A DNA stretch of 64,000 nt from Clostridia bacterium (GCA_017516825.1 JAFXBC010000044.1:19003-83002), one strand, 5' to 3'. Counted from the first letter of the stretch, positions 49,753-58,955 are shown. A program made the numbers and translations. Notes: generated by a model not told the origin, from the sequence alone.

Positions 49753-49803
49753 CTTCTTTGGAGTTTCTTAAGAACCTTTCTTTTCCCAAGAAAGGTTCTT
49801 AAG
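49753..49803 (-). repeat. Intergenic hairpin-plus-tail repeat, copy 3 (inverted orientation; doubles as + strand terminator)
   Basis: Tail CTTCTTTGGAGTTTC precedes CTTAAGAACCTTTCTT-ttccc-AAGAAAGGTTCTTAAG. On the + strand it is followed by TGCTCTTTTTTTA (49804-49816). Confidence 0.85.
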
Positions 49804-49891
49804 TGCTCTTTTTTTATGCCAAAAGATTGACTTTTGGGGAAAGATATGATATTCTGTTATGAACGTAATTTCCAAAAAGGAGGGTATGCAG

Positions 49892-50569
49892 ATGGGAAAG
49901 GAATATCCCCATGCGGGGCACCGCGAGCGGTTGCGGGAAAAGTTCCGCACAGGCGGCGAGCAGGCTTTGACGGAAACGGAATTTCTGGAATTGATGTTAT
50001 TCTTCTCCATTCCCAGAGTGGATACTCGTCCTTTGGCGGAAAAATTGATGGAAGCCTTCGGTTCTCTGGACGGCGTTCTGGCGGCGTCTCCCGAGGAGCT
50101 GCGAGGCTTTGCCAGCTTAAACGGCAGTACGGAGGCGCTGTTTGCGGTGATCCGCTGTCTTACGGAGCGCGCCGTGCGGAGGATGCGGGATTTTGACTTC
50201 CGTGATGAGGAGTTCGTCCGCGCCTATCTCCCCGGTCAGTTTGCGGGATACACCAAGGAGCGGGCTTTGCTGTTCTATCTGGACAGCGACGGTAGTCTGC
50301 TTTGCAGGCAGACGGCCATGAGCAGTGAGGATAACGCCGTTCAGCTTACTATGCGCGCCGTGGTGGAAACCGCCAAGAAGGCGGGAGCTTCCGCCTTGAT
50401 CATGGCCCACAACCATCCCAACGGACGGGCAGTCCCCTCCGGCGCGGACGTGGTTGCCACCCGTAAAATGCGTGAGGAGCTGCTGCGGGAAGGGATCCTG
50501 CTGTTGGAGCATTACATCGTGGCAGGCGGGGAATGCGTTCCCATGCTGGAATCCCGTGCTTCTTTGTGA
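49892..50569 (+). CDS. radC: RadC-family JAB/MPN-domain protein
   Basis: N-terminus GHRERLREKF, HhH region and JAMM motif HNHPNG...PS..D. AAGGAGGG lies 7 nt upstream of the ATG at 49892. Confidence 0.88.
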   Translation: MGKEYPHAGHRERLREKFRTGGEQALTETEFLELMLFFSIPRVDTRPLAEKLMEAFGSLDGVLAASPEELRGFASLNGSTEALFAVIRCLTERAVRRMRDFDFRDEEFVRAYLPGQFAGYTKERALLFYLDSDGSLLCRQTAMSSEDNAVQLTMRAVVETAKKAGASALIMAHNHPNGRAVPSGADVVATRKMREELLREGILLLEHYIVAGGECVPMLESRASL

Positions 50570-50665
50570 CAAGGTCACAGCCACGGTGTTTTATCGCGGG
50601 TATAATGAACGTGTCAGGGAGGAGAGATCTCTTTCCTACGGATATACAGAAAGGTTTTTACACAT

Positions 50666-51388
50666 ATGATGCTTGAATTGAGAGACGTTTCCTACCACGC
50701 CGAGGACGAAACCGGCGTCAAGGAGATCATCAGTCACGTAAATTTACAGATCGACGAACGGTTTGTCGCCTTTACCGGCCCCAACGGCGGCGGTAAATCC
50801 ACCCTTGCCAAGCTGATCGCGGGGATCTACCTTCCCACCGAGGGACAGATCTTCTTAGACGGCGAGGACATCACCAACCGCTCCATCACCGACCGTGCCA
50901 GGATGGGGATCAGCTTTGCATTCCAGCAGCCCGTGCGGTTCAAGGGCTTGACGGTCCACGACCTCATCTCCATGGCCTCCGGGAAGAAGCTTTCCGCGGC
51001 GGAGGCTTGCTCTTATCTTTCCGAGGTAGGGCTTTGCGCACGGGAATATATCAACCGCGAGATCAACGCCAGCCTTTCCGGCGGTGAATTAAAACGTATC
51101 GAGATCGCCATGGTCATGGCAAGAGGCACAAAGCTTTCTCTGTTTGACGAGCCCGAGGCGGGGATCGACCTTTGGAGCTTTAACAATCTGATCTCCGTAT
51201 TTGAGAAGATGCACCAAAAGATGGGCGGTTCTATCCTCATCATCTCCCATCAGGAGAGGATCCTGAACATCGCCGACCGTATCATCGTCATTGCCGACGG
51301 TAAGATCAGCAAGGACGGCACGGCAAAGGAGATCCTGCCCGCGTTGCTCACCGCCAAGACCTGCTCTGCATTGACCAAGTCTTTATAA
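50666..51388 (+). CDS. SufC-like Fe-S cluster assembly ABC ATPase
   Basis: Walker A GPNGGGKST, signature LSGGELKR, Walker B LSLFDEPEAGID and H-loop ISHQ. Paired with a SufB/D-like gene. Confidence 0.8.
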   Translation: MMLELRDVSYHAEDETGVKEIISHVNLQIDERFVAFTGPNGGGKSTLAKLIAGIYLPTEGQIFLDGEDITNRSITDRARMGISFAFQQPVRFKGLTVHDLISMASGKKLSAAEACSYLSEVGLCAREYINREINASLSGGELKRIEIAMVMARGTKLSLFDEPEAGIDLWSFNNLISVFEKMHQKMGGSILIISHQERILNIADRIIVIADGKISKDGTAKEILPALLTAKTCSALTKSL

Positions 51389-51407
51389 GGGAAAAGGAGG
51401 TTGTTTT

Positions 51408-52331
51408 ATGGCACTGGACGCCATTCAGAAAAATTTGCTGAAGAGTATCACCGATCTGGAAGACATTCCGGAGGGTGCGTATAATATCCGCTCCAATGGC
51501 GGACTGGCGGGGAGACACACCACCGCCAACATCGACATCGTTACCAAGACGGACAAGCCCGGCATCGATATCATCATCAAGCCCGGCACGAAAAACGAAC
51601 GGGTGGACATTCCCGTTCTGTTGACCGAGACGGGTCTGGACGAGCTGGTATACAACGACTTCTTCATTGGGGAGGATGCTGACGTGCTGATCGTGGCAGG
51701 TTGCGGTATCCACAATGCGGGAGGGCTGAAATCCGAGCATGACGGTATCCATTCCTTCCATCTTGCCAAGGGCGCCAAGCTGAAGTACGTGGAAAAGCAC
51801 TACGGCGAGGGCGAGGGCACGGGGGAAAAGATTTTGAACCCCACCACCGTTATCGAGATGGAGGAGGACAGCTACATGGAGATGGAAAGCGCTCAGATCA
51901 AGGGCGTGGATTCCACCTTCCGTACCACCAAGGCCACCCTGGCAGAGGGGGCTACTTTGGTGATCCGCGAGAACATCATGACCCACGGCAAGCAGAGCGC
52001 CACCACGGATTTCACCGTGGATCTTAACGGTAAAGACAGCGGCTGCCACGTGATCTCCCGTTCCGTGGCAAAGGATGAATCCCATCAGTTGTTCCTGTCC
52101 TGTATCAACGGCAACGAGAAGTGCAACGGTCACACCGAGTGCGACGCCATCATCATGGACGACGCCTCCGTCAGCGCCGTACCCAAGATCAACGCCAACC
52201 ACGTGGAGGCAAGCCTGATCCACGAGGCCGCCATCGGTAAGATCGCCGGGGAACAGCTGATCAAGCTGATGACCCTGGGACTTACGGAGAAGGAGGCGGA
52301 GGAGCAGATCGTGGGCGGCTTCTTACGCTGA
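51408..52331 (+). CDS. SufB/SufD-family protein
   Basis: C-terminal signature SLIHEAAIGKIAGEQLIKLMTLGLTEKEAEEQIVGGFL. 307 aa. Confidence 0.78.
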   Translation: MALDAIQKNLLKSITDLEDIPEGAYNIRSNGGLAGRHTTANIDIVTKTDKPGIDIIIKPGTKNERVDIPVLLTETGLDELVYNDFFIGEDADVLIVAGCGIHNAGGLKSEHDGIHSFHLAKGAKLKYVEKHYGEGEGTGEKILNPTTVIEMEEDSYMEMESAQIKGVDSTFRTTKATLAEGATLVIRENIMTHGKQSATTDFTVDLNGKDSGCHVISRSVAKDESHQLFLSCINGNEKCNGHTECDAIIMDDASVSAVPKINANHVEASLIHEAAIGKIAGEQLIKLMTLGLTEKEAEEQIVGGFLR

Positions 52332-52332
52332 T

Positions 52333-52617
52333 ATGGAAAAGCTTTTTACCCTGTTTTTGCTGGCAGAAGGGTTCTTCAGCGGGATCTGTTTTCTGGCCTT
52401 CGGGCTGGATAAGCTTCTGGCCTGCAAGGGAAAGCGGCGGATCCGTGAGCGGACGCTCCATCTGCTGATCTGGCTGTTGGGCGCCCCGGGAGGGTTTCTG
52501 GGGATGTGCGTATTCCGCCATAAGACAGCCCACGCCGTCTTTTGGTTTTCCGCTGTGGGAGGCCTTGTTTTACAGCTATGTCTCGCTTTCGGCGCGGCGT
52601 GGTTGGTCTACGCATAA
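52333..52617 (+). CDS. DUF1294-family small membrane protein
   Basis: GLDKLLACKGKRRIRERTLHLLIWLLGAPGGFLGMCVFRHKT matches the DUF1294 core pattern (DK..A......RI.E..L......GG..G......HK). Confidence 0.75.
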   Translation: MEKLFTLFLLAEGFFSGICFLAFGLDKLLACKGKRRIRERTLHLLIWLLGAPGGFLGMCVFRHKTAHAVFWFSAVGGLVLQLCLAFGAAWLVYA

Positions 52618-52622
52618 AATTC

Positions 52623-52667
52623 AGCCGTCTGTTTGTGCAACCTATCCAAACAGGCGGCTTTCTTTTT
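52623..52667 (+). terminator. Rho-independent terminator after the suf-like/DUF1294 genes
   Basis: Stem AGCCGTCTGTTTG / CAAACAGGCGGCT (one mismatch) followed by TTCTTTTT. Confidence 0.7.
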
Positions 52668-52709
52668 GACATTCGTGCAGTTTTTTTATAAGAGATTGGC
52701 GATTTTTCA

Positions 52710-52738
52710 TTGACAAACAGCAGATTTTATAGTAAAAT
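52710..52738 (+). promoter_or_regulatory. Sigma-A promoter of the cytidylate-kinase-like gene
   Basis: TTGACA, a 17-nt spacer, then TAAAAT. Confidence 0.65.
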
Positions 52739-52770
52739 AACAATAGAAACGAAGAAAGGAACGGTTTTAT

Positions 52771-53367
52771 ATGAAAGTTATCACCATCGGACGGGAATAC
52801 GGCAGCGGAGGCAGAACCATCGGGAAGCTGGTTGCGGAAAAGTTGGGAATCCCCTACTACGACCGTGAGCTTGTTGACAAGGCGGCAAAGCAATCCGGGC
52901 TTGCCGTGGAAGCCATCGAAGAAAACGACCAGGTCGTTACCCGCTCCTTTTTATACGATCTCGCCATCGGAACCAGCTACGGCTACGTGAATTCCGCAGG
53001 GGTTCCGCTGGATCTGAACACCCAGGTCTTCCTGGCGCAGAGAGAGGCGATTTTGGAGTTTTCCCAGTCTCCCTGCGTTATCGTAGGGCGTTGTGCGGAC
53101 TACATTCTGCGAGACAGAGACGACGTGCTGAAGGTATTCATTTACGCCGACAGAAAGGCCAGATTGGAGCGCATCGTGAAGGAATACGGTGAGGATCCCG
53201 GCAAGGCGGAAAAGCTTCTGGCGCAGTCCGACAAGCGCCGCGCACGTCATTACGAGGAATTCACCGACAGCATCTGGGGCGCAAGACGGAATTACGACGT
53301 AATGCTGAACAGCGCCACCATCGGCCAGGAGCAGACGGTTGCCATGATCTGCGATTTGGCAAAATAA
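52771..53367 (+). CDS. Cytidylate-kinase-like family protein (P-loop NMP-kinase fold)
   Basis: N-terminus MKVITIGREYGSGGRTIGKLVAEKLGIPYYDRELV is typical of this Firmicutes family. Function is unknown. Confidence 0.75.
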   Translation: MKVITIGREYGSGGRTIGKLVAEKLGIPYYDRELVDKAAKQSGLAVEAIEENDQVVTRSFLYDLAIGTSYGYVNSAGVPLDLNTQVFLAQREAILEFSQSPCVIVGRCADYILRDRDDVLKVFIYADRKARLERIVKEYGEDPGKAEKLLAQSDKRRARHYEEFTDSIWGARRNYDVMLNSATIGQEQTVAMICDLAK

Positions 53368-53380
53368 ACAAGGAATCGGG

Positions 53381-53412
53381 AAGCGGACGGAGGGATTTCC
53401 GTTCGCTTTTTC
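53381..53412 (+). terminator. Probable rho-independent terminator
   Basis: AGCGGACGG-agggattt-CCGTTCGCT (one G-U pair) followed by TTTTCC. Confidence 0.5.
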
Positions 53413-53432
53413 CATTCAAAAGGAGTCAGATC

Positions 53433-54335
53433 ATGTATCTTGAGAGCTTTACTCTCCCCGACGAAAAAACGGAGACGGGGTATATCATATCCTGCGGGCG
53501 GGATGCATACAAATCCTTGATGTCCTGTTATCCGAAGGATCTCTATCCCTTTAAGGTCTTCCCGCCAAAAAGATTGACCAAGCTGGTGTTTGAGCCTATC
53601 ACCATTTTATACGGCGGGAACGGGTCGGGGAAATCCACTCTTTTGAACGTGATGGCGGAAAAGCTGGGGATCGACCACGATTCCCCTGCCAACCACACGC
53701 CGTATTTTGAGGAGTATCTTGGTTTCTGTGATTACACCCTGTCCCCGGGGCAGAGACGGATCCCCAAGGAAAGCGCCATCGTCACCAGCGACGACGTATT
53801 TGATTTCCTTTTGAACGTCCGTGCCATGAACCAAGGGATCGACCGCCGTCGTGAGGAGCTGTTTGACGAATACAGGGTCAGCAGAAAGGACGGGTTTACT
53901 CTGGGCTCCTTGGAGGATTACGAGGAATTGAAGCGGCACAACGAGGCCCGGGGAATGACCAAGAATGCTTACACAGCGAAACGCCTGCCCAAGGCCTTGA
54001 CCACCCAATCCAACGGGGAAAGCGCTATGAGCTACTTTACCCAGCGGATCGGGGAAAACGCTCTGTACCTCCTGGACGAGCCGGAAAACAGCCTTTCTGC
54101 GGAGCTGCAACGAGAGCTGGCTTCCTTTTTGCAGGATTCCGCCAGGTTTTACGGATGTCAGTTCGTGATCTCCACCCACTCCCCCTTCCTGCTTTCCCTG
54201 AAGGGGGCGAGGATCTACGATCTGGACAGCGTTCCCGCGTCCGCGGCGAAGTGGACGGAGCTTCCTGCCGTACAGGCCTATTACCGATTGTTCAAAACTC
54301 ACGAAGAAGCCTTTGAGAGCGTGAAAAAAACTTGA
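53433..54335 (+). CDS. Stand-alone ABC-type (AAA_21/COG3910-like) ATPase without a transmembrane domain
   Basis: Walker A GGNGSGKST, signature-like QSNGESAMS, Walker B LYLLDEPENSLS and H-loop ISTHSP. AAAGGAG RBS. Confidence 0.8.
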   Translation: MYLESFTLPDEKTETGYIISCGRDAYKSLMSCYPKDLYPFKVFPPKRLTKLVFEPITILYGGNGSGKSTLLNVMAEKLGIDHDSPANHTPYFEEYLGFCDYTLSPGQRRIPKESAIVTSDDVFDFLLNVRAMNQGIDRRREELFDEYRVSRKDGFTLGSLEDYEELKRHNEARGMTKNAYTAKRLPKALTTQSNGESAMSYFTQRIGENALYLLDEPENSLSAELQRELASFLQDSARFYGCQFVISTHSPFLLSLKGARIYDLDSVPASAAKWTELPAVQAYYRLFKTHEEAFESVKKT

Positions 54336-54360
54336 CAAAGTGCTGTTTTGGTTGTATACT
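54332..54360 (+). promoter_or_regulatory. Putative sigma-A promoter for the 54404-57147 gene pair
   Basis: TTGACA (overlapping the ATPase stop codon), a 17-nt spacer, then TATACT. Confidence 0.55.
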
Positions 54361-54403
54361 GTAAAAAAACAGAAAACGATTTGTAAACACGAGTGACATC
54401 ATC

Positions 54404-55444
54404 ATGGAAGATCAGATTAGAAAGCCGGGGGCGATACGCAGAAAAAGCCCTGTGATCGGCGTGGTCTTTGCTTCCGTAGTCGCCTTTCTTCTGTTCTGCG
54501 CGGTCCTGCTTCTCTTTGCCGCAAAATGCTCCTTTGGGCTTTTGGGCAAGGATCAGTTGAAATCCAGCGTGGCCGCCATGCTGGACGACGACGCCTTCCG
54601 CCACCAGGTTGCGGAAACGGTGGTGGCCATTGCCCCTGCGGATACCCTGGTGGGAGAGCAGGTGGCGGAGGTCATGAAGGACGAGGAGATCGCAGAGGCG
54701 GTGGGCCAGTTGGGCTCCGATTGGTTTGACCGGGTGATCGGCGAGGAAAGCGGAGATCCCGTGGATGCGGTGCTTGCCGCTTTGGAAAACCCGGAGCAAA
54801 AGGACACCTTTGCCGCCGCCTTGGAAAAGGCCATGACGGAATTGGAATGCACTGACGAGGATCTGCAGAACGCCGCGGATACCCTGGCGTTGGAGATGGG
54901 CTTTGAGCCGCCTCCCAAGGGAAGCAGTAATCTTGAAGTGGTCACCACCATTCTGGACGGTAGCCGCGAGAAGGTCAAGGGAGAAGCCTCCCAGGTGATC
55001 AAGGCGGTGGAGGAGACCAAGGAGATGCTGGGAGGTGCCACTTCCCTGCTGAACGTTTTGAGAACTCTTTTCGGGAACGGCGTGTTCATCATGATCCACC
55101 TGTTCCTTTTGGCGGCGATCTACGGATTGCTGTACCTGCTGTTGCGAAATCCCTGGAGGCCCTGTTATTTCATGGGCATTCCCTATCTTTTGATCGGCGG
55201 AACGTTTATGTGCTTGAGGATGGTGGACGTATCTGCCGTTGTCAGACATTTCGATCTGTCTGAGCTTGCAGGGTCTGTTCTGGGCGTCATCCGGGATTCC
55301 GCTTTTACCACCGGATTGATCGGTGTTGTTATCGGCGGCGTTTTGCTGGCCGTTGCCATCACCGTTACGATCATAATGAATTGTATTGAAAACAAAAAGG
55401 AGGAGACAAGAGTATGTTCTGTCCCAAATGCGGAAGTCTTTTAG
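54404..55444 (+). CDS. Hypothetical polytopic membrane protein
   Basis: N-terminal TM (VIGVVFASVVAFLLFCAVLLLFAA), an acidic domain of about 180 aa, then about 4 C-terminal TMs. No family recognised. Confidence 0.65.
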   Translation: MEDQIRKPGAIRRKSPVIGVVFASVVAFLLFCAVLLLFAAKCSFGLLGKDQLKSSVAAMLDDDAFRHQVAETVVAIAPADTLVGEQVAEVMKDEEIAEAVGQLGSDWFDRVIGEESGDPVDAVLAALENPEQKDTFAAALEKAMTELECTDEDLQNAADTLALEMGFEPPPKGSSNLEVVTTILDGSREKVKGEASQVIKAVEETKEMLGGATSLLNVLRTLFGNGVFIMIHLFLLAAIYGLLYLLLRNPWRPCYFMGIPYLLIGGTFMCLRMVDVSAVVRHFDLSELAGSVLGVIRDSAFTTGLIGVVIGGVLLAVAITVTIIMNCIENKKEETRVCSVPNAEVF

Positions 55445-57147
55445 AAGACGATGCCAAGTTCTGCCCCGCCTGTGGCGAAAAGATGGACGTGCAGGAGCAG
55501 CCTGCACCCGCAGAGGAGGCTCCCCAGGAAACTGCAGCCCCCGCTGAAGAAATTCCCGCACCCCAGCCCAAGAAGGAAAGAAAGCCTCTGCCCAAGTGGG
55601 CTCTCCCCGCAGTGATCGCAGGTGCCGCAGTACTCATCGTGCTGATCATCGCGCTGATCATCGTTACCAACCCCAAAACCACCGCTAAGGCCGCTTTGGG
55701 CGGTCTGGACGACGCTTTTGCCGAAAACGAGATCCTGGGCTCCATGTTTGACTCGTTCCAGGAATTCTACCTTTTGATGGATGTTCAGCAGATCTACACC
55801 CCCACCGGCACCCCTGCTTTGACCGATCCCATCAAGACCGAGATCTACGCCAATGGCGAGCAGACCTCCACTCTGGTGGATCTCATGGGTATTAAGTTTA
55901 ACGTACACAACCTGGTGGATCCTCTCACCACCGTGTTTGAAAACGAAAACGGTGCCTACGGCTTCGTGTTCGAAAACCTGAAGGAGACCTTCCGCGGCTC
56001 CGTGTTCTACCCTGACAGCGGCAGTAAGTACGCTTTGCCTCTGAACGAGGAGACTTTGGAGATGTTCGAGGAGTTCCTGGATGCTTACGAAAAGCTTCTT
56101 ACCGAGGAAGCCCGGGAGGAGTTGGACGGCTATCTCACCGAATACGGCGATCTGTTCCTGGATCTGATGTGGGAGTACGGTGAAGAAGATTCCGAATCCG
56201 AGGACGGCAACAAGGTAGTCTCCCTGGTTCTGGACGAAAAGGCCGCCGCAAAGCTGTTGAAGGATTTCGTGGATCAGCTTTGCAAGGACGAGGAGCTGGT
56301 TGCCTTCCTGAACGAGCATATCCCCGTTGATATCATGGCACTTTCCACCGGCGAGACCTGGATCGAAAGCTGGGACGACATCATGGATGACCTGAAGGAC
56401 GGCTCCAAGGAAATGATCGACGCCGTTAAGAGCCTGGACTTCAAGATCACCCTTACCGTTACCGCTTCCCCCATCGCCCACGATCTGAAGGCGGTTGAGG
56501 TGAAGGTTTCCACCGACGACTTGAGCGTGAAGGCAGGTCTCGAATTTGACGGCAACGATATCATCCTCACCGCAAGCATGCCCGGCGCTAAGTTCGAGAT
56601 GGCTTTGAAGGAAACCGAGGAGGGCTGGGAGCTTTACGGTAAGCTCGCAGGCCAAGAGCTTTTCAACGCCGAGTACAAGGAAACCGAGGAGGGCTGGACT
56701 TTCGCGGTAGAGGCCGCAAAAGAAACCCTGTTGGATGCAGAGTTCGAGACCAAGGACGACAAGTACGAGTTCAGCTTTGCAATTTACAACGCCTCCATGG
56801 GTTACGACGACTACTACGGCTACGATGACGGCGCATCCTCCGACGCTCCCGTATTCGCTATCTTCGCAGAAGGCGATTACACAGAGGAGAAGGGCGGCTG
56901 CAGCTTCACCATCGACGAGCTGAGCCTGACCACCGACGGCTGGACGGAAACGGTGACCATGGACGCAAGCTTTGCTTTCCACACCGAATTCGATATGCCC
57001 GACTTCCCCGAATTCCAGGATCTGTTCAAGGCCGACGAGGAAACTCTGGATGAGATCATCGAGACTCTGAAGGATTACTTTACGAGCGGACTGGGCGGTC
57101 TTTTGGGCGAGGCTGTTCCGGATTACGATTACGGCTACGAATATTGA
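55414..57147 (+). CDS. Zn-ribbon / single-TM protein with a large acidic extracytoplasmic domain
   Basis: MFCPKCGSLLEDDAKFCPACGEKM, a P/E/A linker, a TM segment (ALPAVIAGAAVLIVLIIALIIV) and a D/E-rich domain of about 470 aa with the internal repeat KETEEGWELYG / KETEEGWTFAV. AAGGAGGAG RBS. Overlaps the upstream gene by 31 nt. Confidence 0.7.
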   Translation: MFCPKCGSLLEDDAKFCPACGEKMDVQEQPAPAEEAPQETAAPAEEIPAPQPKKERKPLPKWALPAVIAGAAVLIVLIIALIIVTNPKTTAKAALGGLDDAFAENEILGSMFDSFQEFYLLMDVQQIYTPTGTPALTDPIKTEIYANGEQTSTLVDLMGIKFNVHNLVDPLTTVFENENGAYGFVFENLKETFRGSVFYPDSGSKYALPLNEETLEMFEEFLDAYEKLLTEEAREELDGYLTEYGDLFLDLMWEYGEEDSESEDGNKVVSLVLDEKAAAKLLKDFVDQLCKDEELVAFLNEHIPVDIMALSTGETWIESWDDIMDDLKDGSKEMIDAVKSLDFKITLTVTASPIAHDLKAVEVKVSTDDLSVKAGLEFDGNDIILTASMPGAKFEMALKETEEGWELYGKLAGQELFNAEYKETEEGWTFAVEAAKETLLDAEFETKDDKYEFSFAIYNASMGYDDYYGYDDGASSDAPVFAIFAEGDYTEEKGGCSFTIDELSLTTDGWTETVTMDASFAFHTEFDMPDFPEFQDLFKADEETLDEIIETLKDYFTSGLGGLLGEAVPDYDYGYEY

Positions 57148-57159
57148 TCTTACAATAGC

Positions 57160-57195
57160 AAAAAGCCTTTTGCACCCGGTGCAAAAGGCTTTTTT
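57160..57195. terminator. Bidirectional rho-independent terminator
   Basis: AAAAAGCCTTTTGCACC-cg-GGTGCAAAAGGCTTTTT, a perfect 17-bp palindrome with A/T runs on both sides, between convergent genes. Confidence 0.85.
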
Positions 57196-57203
57196 GTGTT
57201 CTC

Positions 57204-57845
57204 TCAAAGGTGCTGGGACAGCATCCACGAAAGCAGATCGTCGTCGGTATAGGCGTAGTTCCAGGCGTCGTGTCCCACGCCGTAGCAGATCTTCAGCTTG
57301 GCGTTGCCCCCGCGGCTGTTGATGGAGGTGAGCATCTCTACGCTGTTGGAGATAGGAACGCAGGTATCGCAATCTCCGTGAACCATGTAGATGGGAGTAT
57401 TCAGCAGATTTCCCACGTTCCAGTAGATGCCGCTTCCGCAGACGGGCATCAGCGCGGCAAAGGTGCCCGGGCGGGCCATGGCAAACATCCAGGTCCCCGT
57501 TCCGCCCATGGAAAGGCCTGTGAGGTACACCCGGGTGCGGTCTACGGGGTAGGTCTCCAGAATGTAATCCAGGAAGGCGGACAAGGATTCGGTGTAAGAG
57601 CCCCAGTAGGCGTTCCCGATGCACTGAGGTGCGATGAAGATAAAGGGATATTCCTTCCCTTCCTCGCGGACGTACTTCATGTAGCCGTGGAGCATGGCCT
57701 GATGGGGATCCTGCACACGCTCCCCTGCCCCGTGGAGGAAGAACACCAGGGGGTATTTTTCCTCGGGATCGTAATCCCCTGGAAGGTATTCAACGTAGTA
57801 AAAGGGATGGTGGCCTTCGGCCTGCCATTGTTTTTGGACGTACAT
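57204..57845 (-). CDS. Alpha/beta-hydrolase (carboxylesterase/phospholipase family)
   Basis: Nucleophile elbow GLSMGG, FLHGAGE and HGDCDTCVP...GHD, consistent with a catalytic triad. Confidence 0.8.
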   Translation of the reverse strand: MYVQKQWQAEGHHPFYYVEYLPGDYDPEEKYPLVFFLHGAGERVQDPHQAMLHGYMKYVREEGKEYPFIFIAPQCIGNAYWGSYTESLSAFLDYILETYPVDRTRVYLTGLSMGGTGTWMFAMARPGTFAALMPVCGSGIYWNVGNLLNTPIYMVHGDCDTCVPISNSVEMLTSINSRGGNAKLKICYGVGHDAWNYAYTDDDLLSWMLSQHL

Positions 57846-57877
57846 AGCGGTTTCCTTTCTTTTTTGGGGGATTTATC

Positions 57878-57906
57878 TTGCAATCGCGAGGAATTTGTGA
57901 TAGAAT
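57878..57906 (+). promoter_or_regulatory. Putative sigma-A promoter of azlCD
   Basis: TTGCAA, a 17-nt spacer, then TGaTAGAAT. Confidence 0.5.
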
Positions 57907-57939
57907 GCAGAAAACTCTGCGAGAGAAGGTGACGGCGGT

Positions 57940-58644
57940 TTGAAAAACAGATTCCTCATTGGGCTTCGCCACGGCTTGCCCATCGGGCTGGGCTATCTTT
58001 CCGTATCCTTCGCCTTCGGGATCTTTTCGCTGGGGCAAGGGTTGAGCATTTGGGAGACCCTTTTGATCTCCATGACCAACCTCACCTCTGCGGGGCAATT
58101 GGCGGGTGTGCCCATCATTGCCGCGGGAGGCAGTCCTGCAGAGCTTGCCGTTACCCAGCTTGTGATCAATCTCCGATATTCCTTGATGTCGGTTTCCCTG
58201 TCCCAAAAGCTTCACGAAAGCGTTGATCTTCCCCATCGGTTGGCGGTGGCGTTCTTCAACACCGACGAGGTATTTGCCGTGGCAAGCTCCCGTACGGAGC
58301 CCTTGACGAAAAGCTATCTTTACGGATTGGGAGTCTACCCCTATCTGGGGTGGTCGTTGGGAACTCTTGCCGGCGCCCTGGCAGGAGATATCCTCCCTGC
58401 GAGCCTGAATTCGGCTTTGGGGATCACCATTTACGGGATGTTCGTGGCCATCGTGATCCCTGCCATGAGAGAGCGGCGGGCAACGACGTGGTGCGTCCTC
58501 CTGGCGGTGGTGCTTTCCTGCGCCTTCCGTTATCTGCCTCTGCTGAGCCGGGTGTCCTCCGGGTTCGCCATGATCCTCTGTGCCGTGGCGGCAAGCGCCT
58601 TGCTGGCATATCTTGCACCCTTGGAACAGGAGGGCGACGTATGA
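57940..58644 (+). CDS. azlC: AzlC-family branched-chain amino acid exporter subunit
   Basis: TTG start. Polytopic membrane protein with GLPIGLGYLSVSFAFG...NLTSAGQ. Confidence 0.85.
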   Translation: MKNRFLIGLRHGLPIGLGYLSVSFAFGIFSLGQGLSIWETLLISMTNLTSAGQLAGVPIIAAGGSPAELAVTQLVINLRYSLMSVSLSQKLHESVDLPHRLAVAFFNTDEVFAVASSRTEPLTKSYLYGLGVYPYLGWSLGTLAGALAGDILPASLNSALGITIYGMFVAIVIPAMRERRATTWCVLLAVVLSCAFRYLPLLSRVSSGFAMILCAVAASALLAYLAPLEQEGDV

Positions 58645-58955
58645 CGGAAAACTTCTTTCTGTACCTGGCGGTGATGGCGGGGGTGACTTACCTGATCCGT
58701 ATGCTCCCCTTGGTTTTGGTGAAAAAGAAGGTGGAGAATGGTTTTATTCGTTCCTTCCTCTTTTACGTACCCTACGCCGTGTTGGGCGCCATGACGGTTC
58801 CTGCGGTGTTTTACGCCACGGACAGCGTGTTTTCCGCCGCGGCGGGGTTGGGAGTCGCGTTAGTCCTTGCGCTTTGCAAGAAGGGACTCCTGACGGTTGC
58901 GGTGGGGGCTACCCTGGCGGTCTATCTTTGGGAATGGATCGGGTCGATCCTTTAG
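58641..58955 (+). CDS. azlD: AzlD-family branched-chain amino acid exporter small subunit
   Basis: MTENFFLYLAVMAGVTYLIRMLPLV... 104 aa. ATGA overlap with azlC. Confidence 0.85.
   Translation: MTENFFLYLAVMAGVTYLIRMLPLVLVKKKVENGFIRSFLFYVPYAVLGAMTVPAVFYATDSVFSAAAGLGVALVLALCKKGLLTVAVGATLAVYLWEWIGSIL

Noticed and set aside
49892-50569. RadC/JAB protein as a marker of a mobile element or defence island.
   Set aside because: It is full-length housekeeping-type RadC with the N-terminal GHRERL/HhH region. There are no adjacent integrase, antirestriction or phage genes, and its neighbours are suf-like and sigma-factor genes.
55441-57624. 727-aa ORF antisense to the Zn-ribbon membrane protein gene and the esterase gene.
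   Set aside because: It is a shadow ORF of an acidic-protein gene. It has no RBS, it spans the strong bidirectional terminator at 57160-57195, and it has no recognisable domains.
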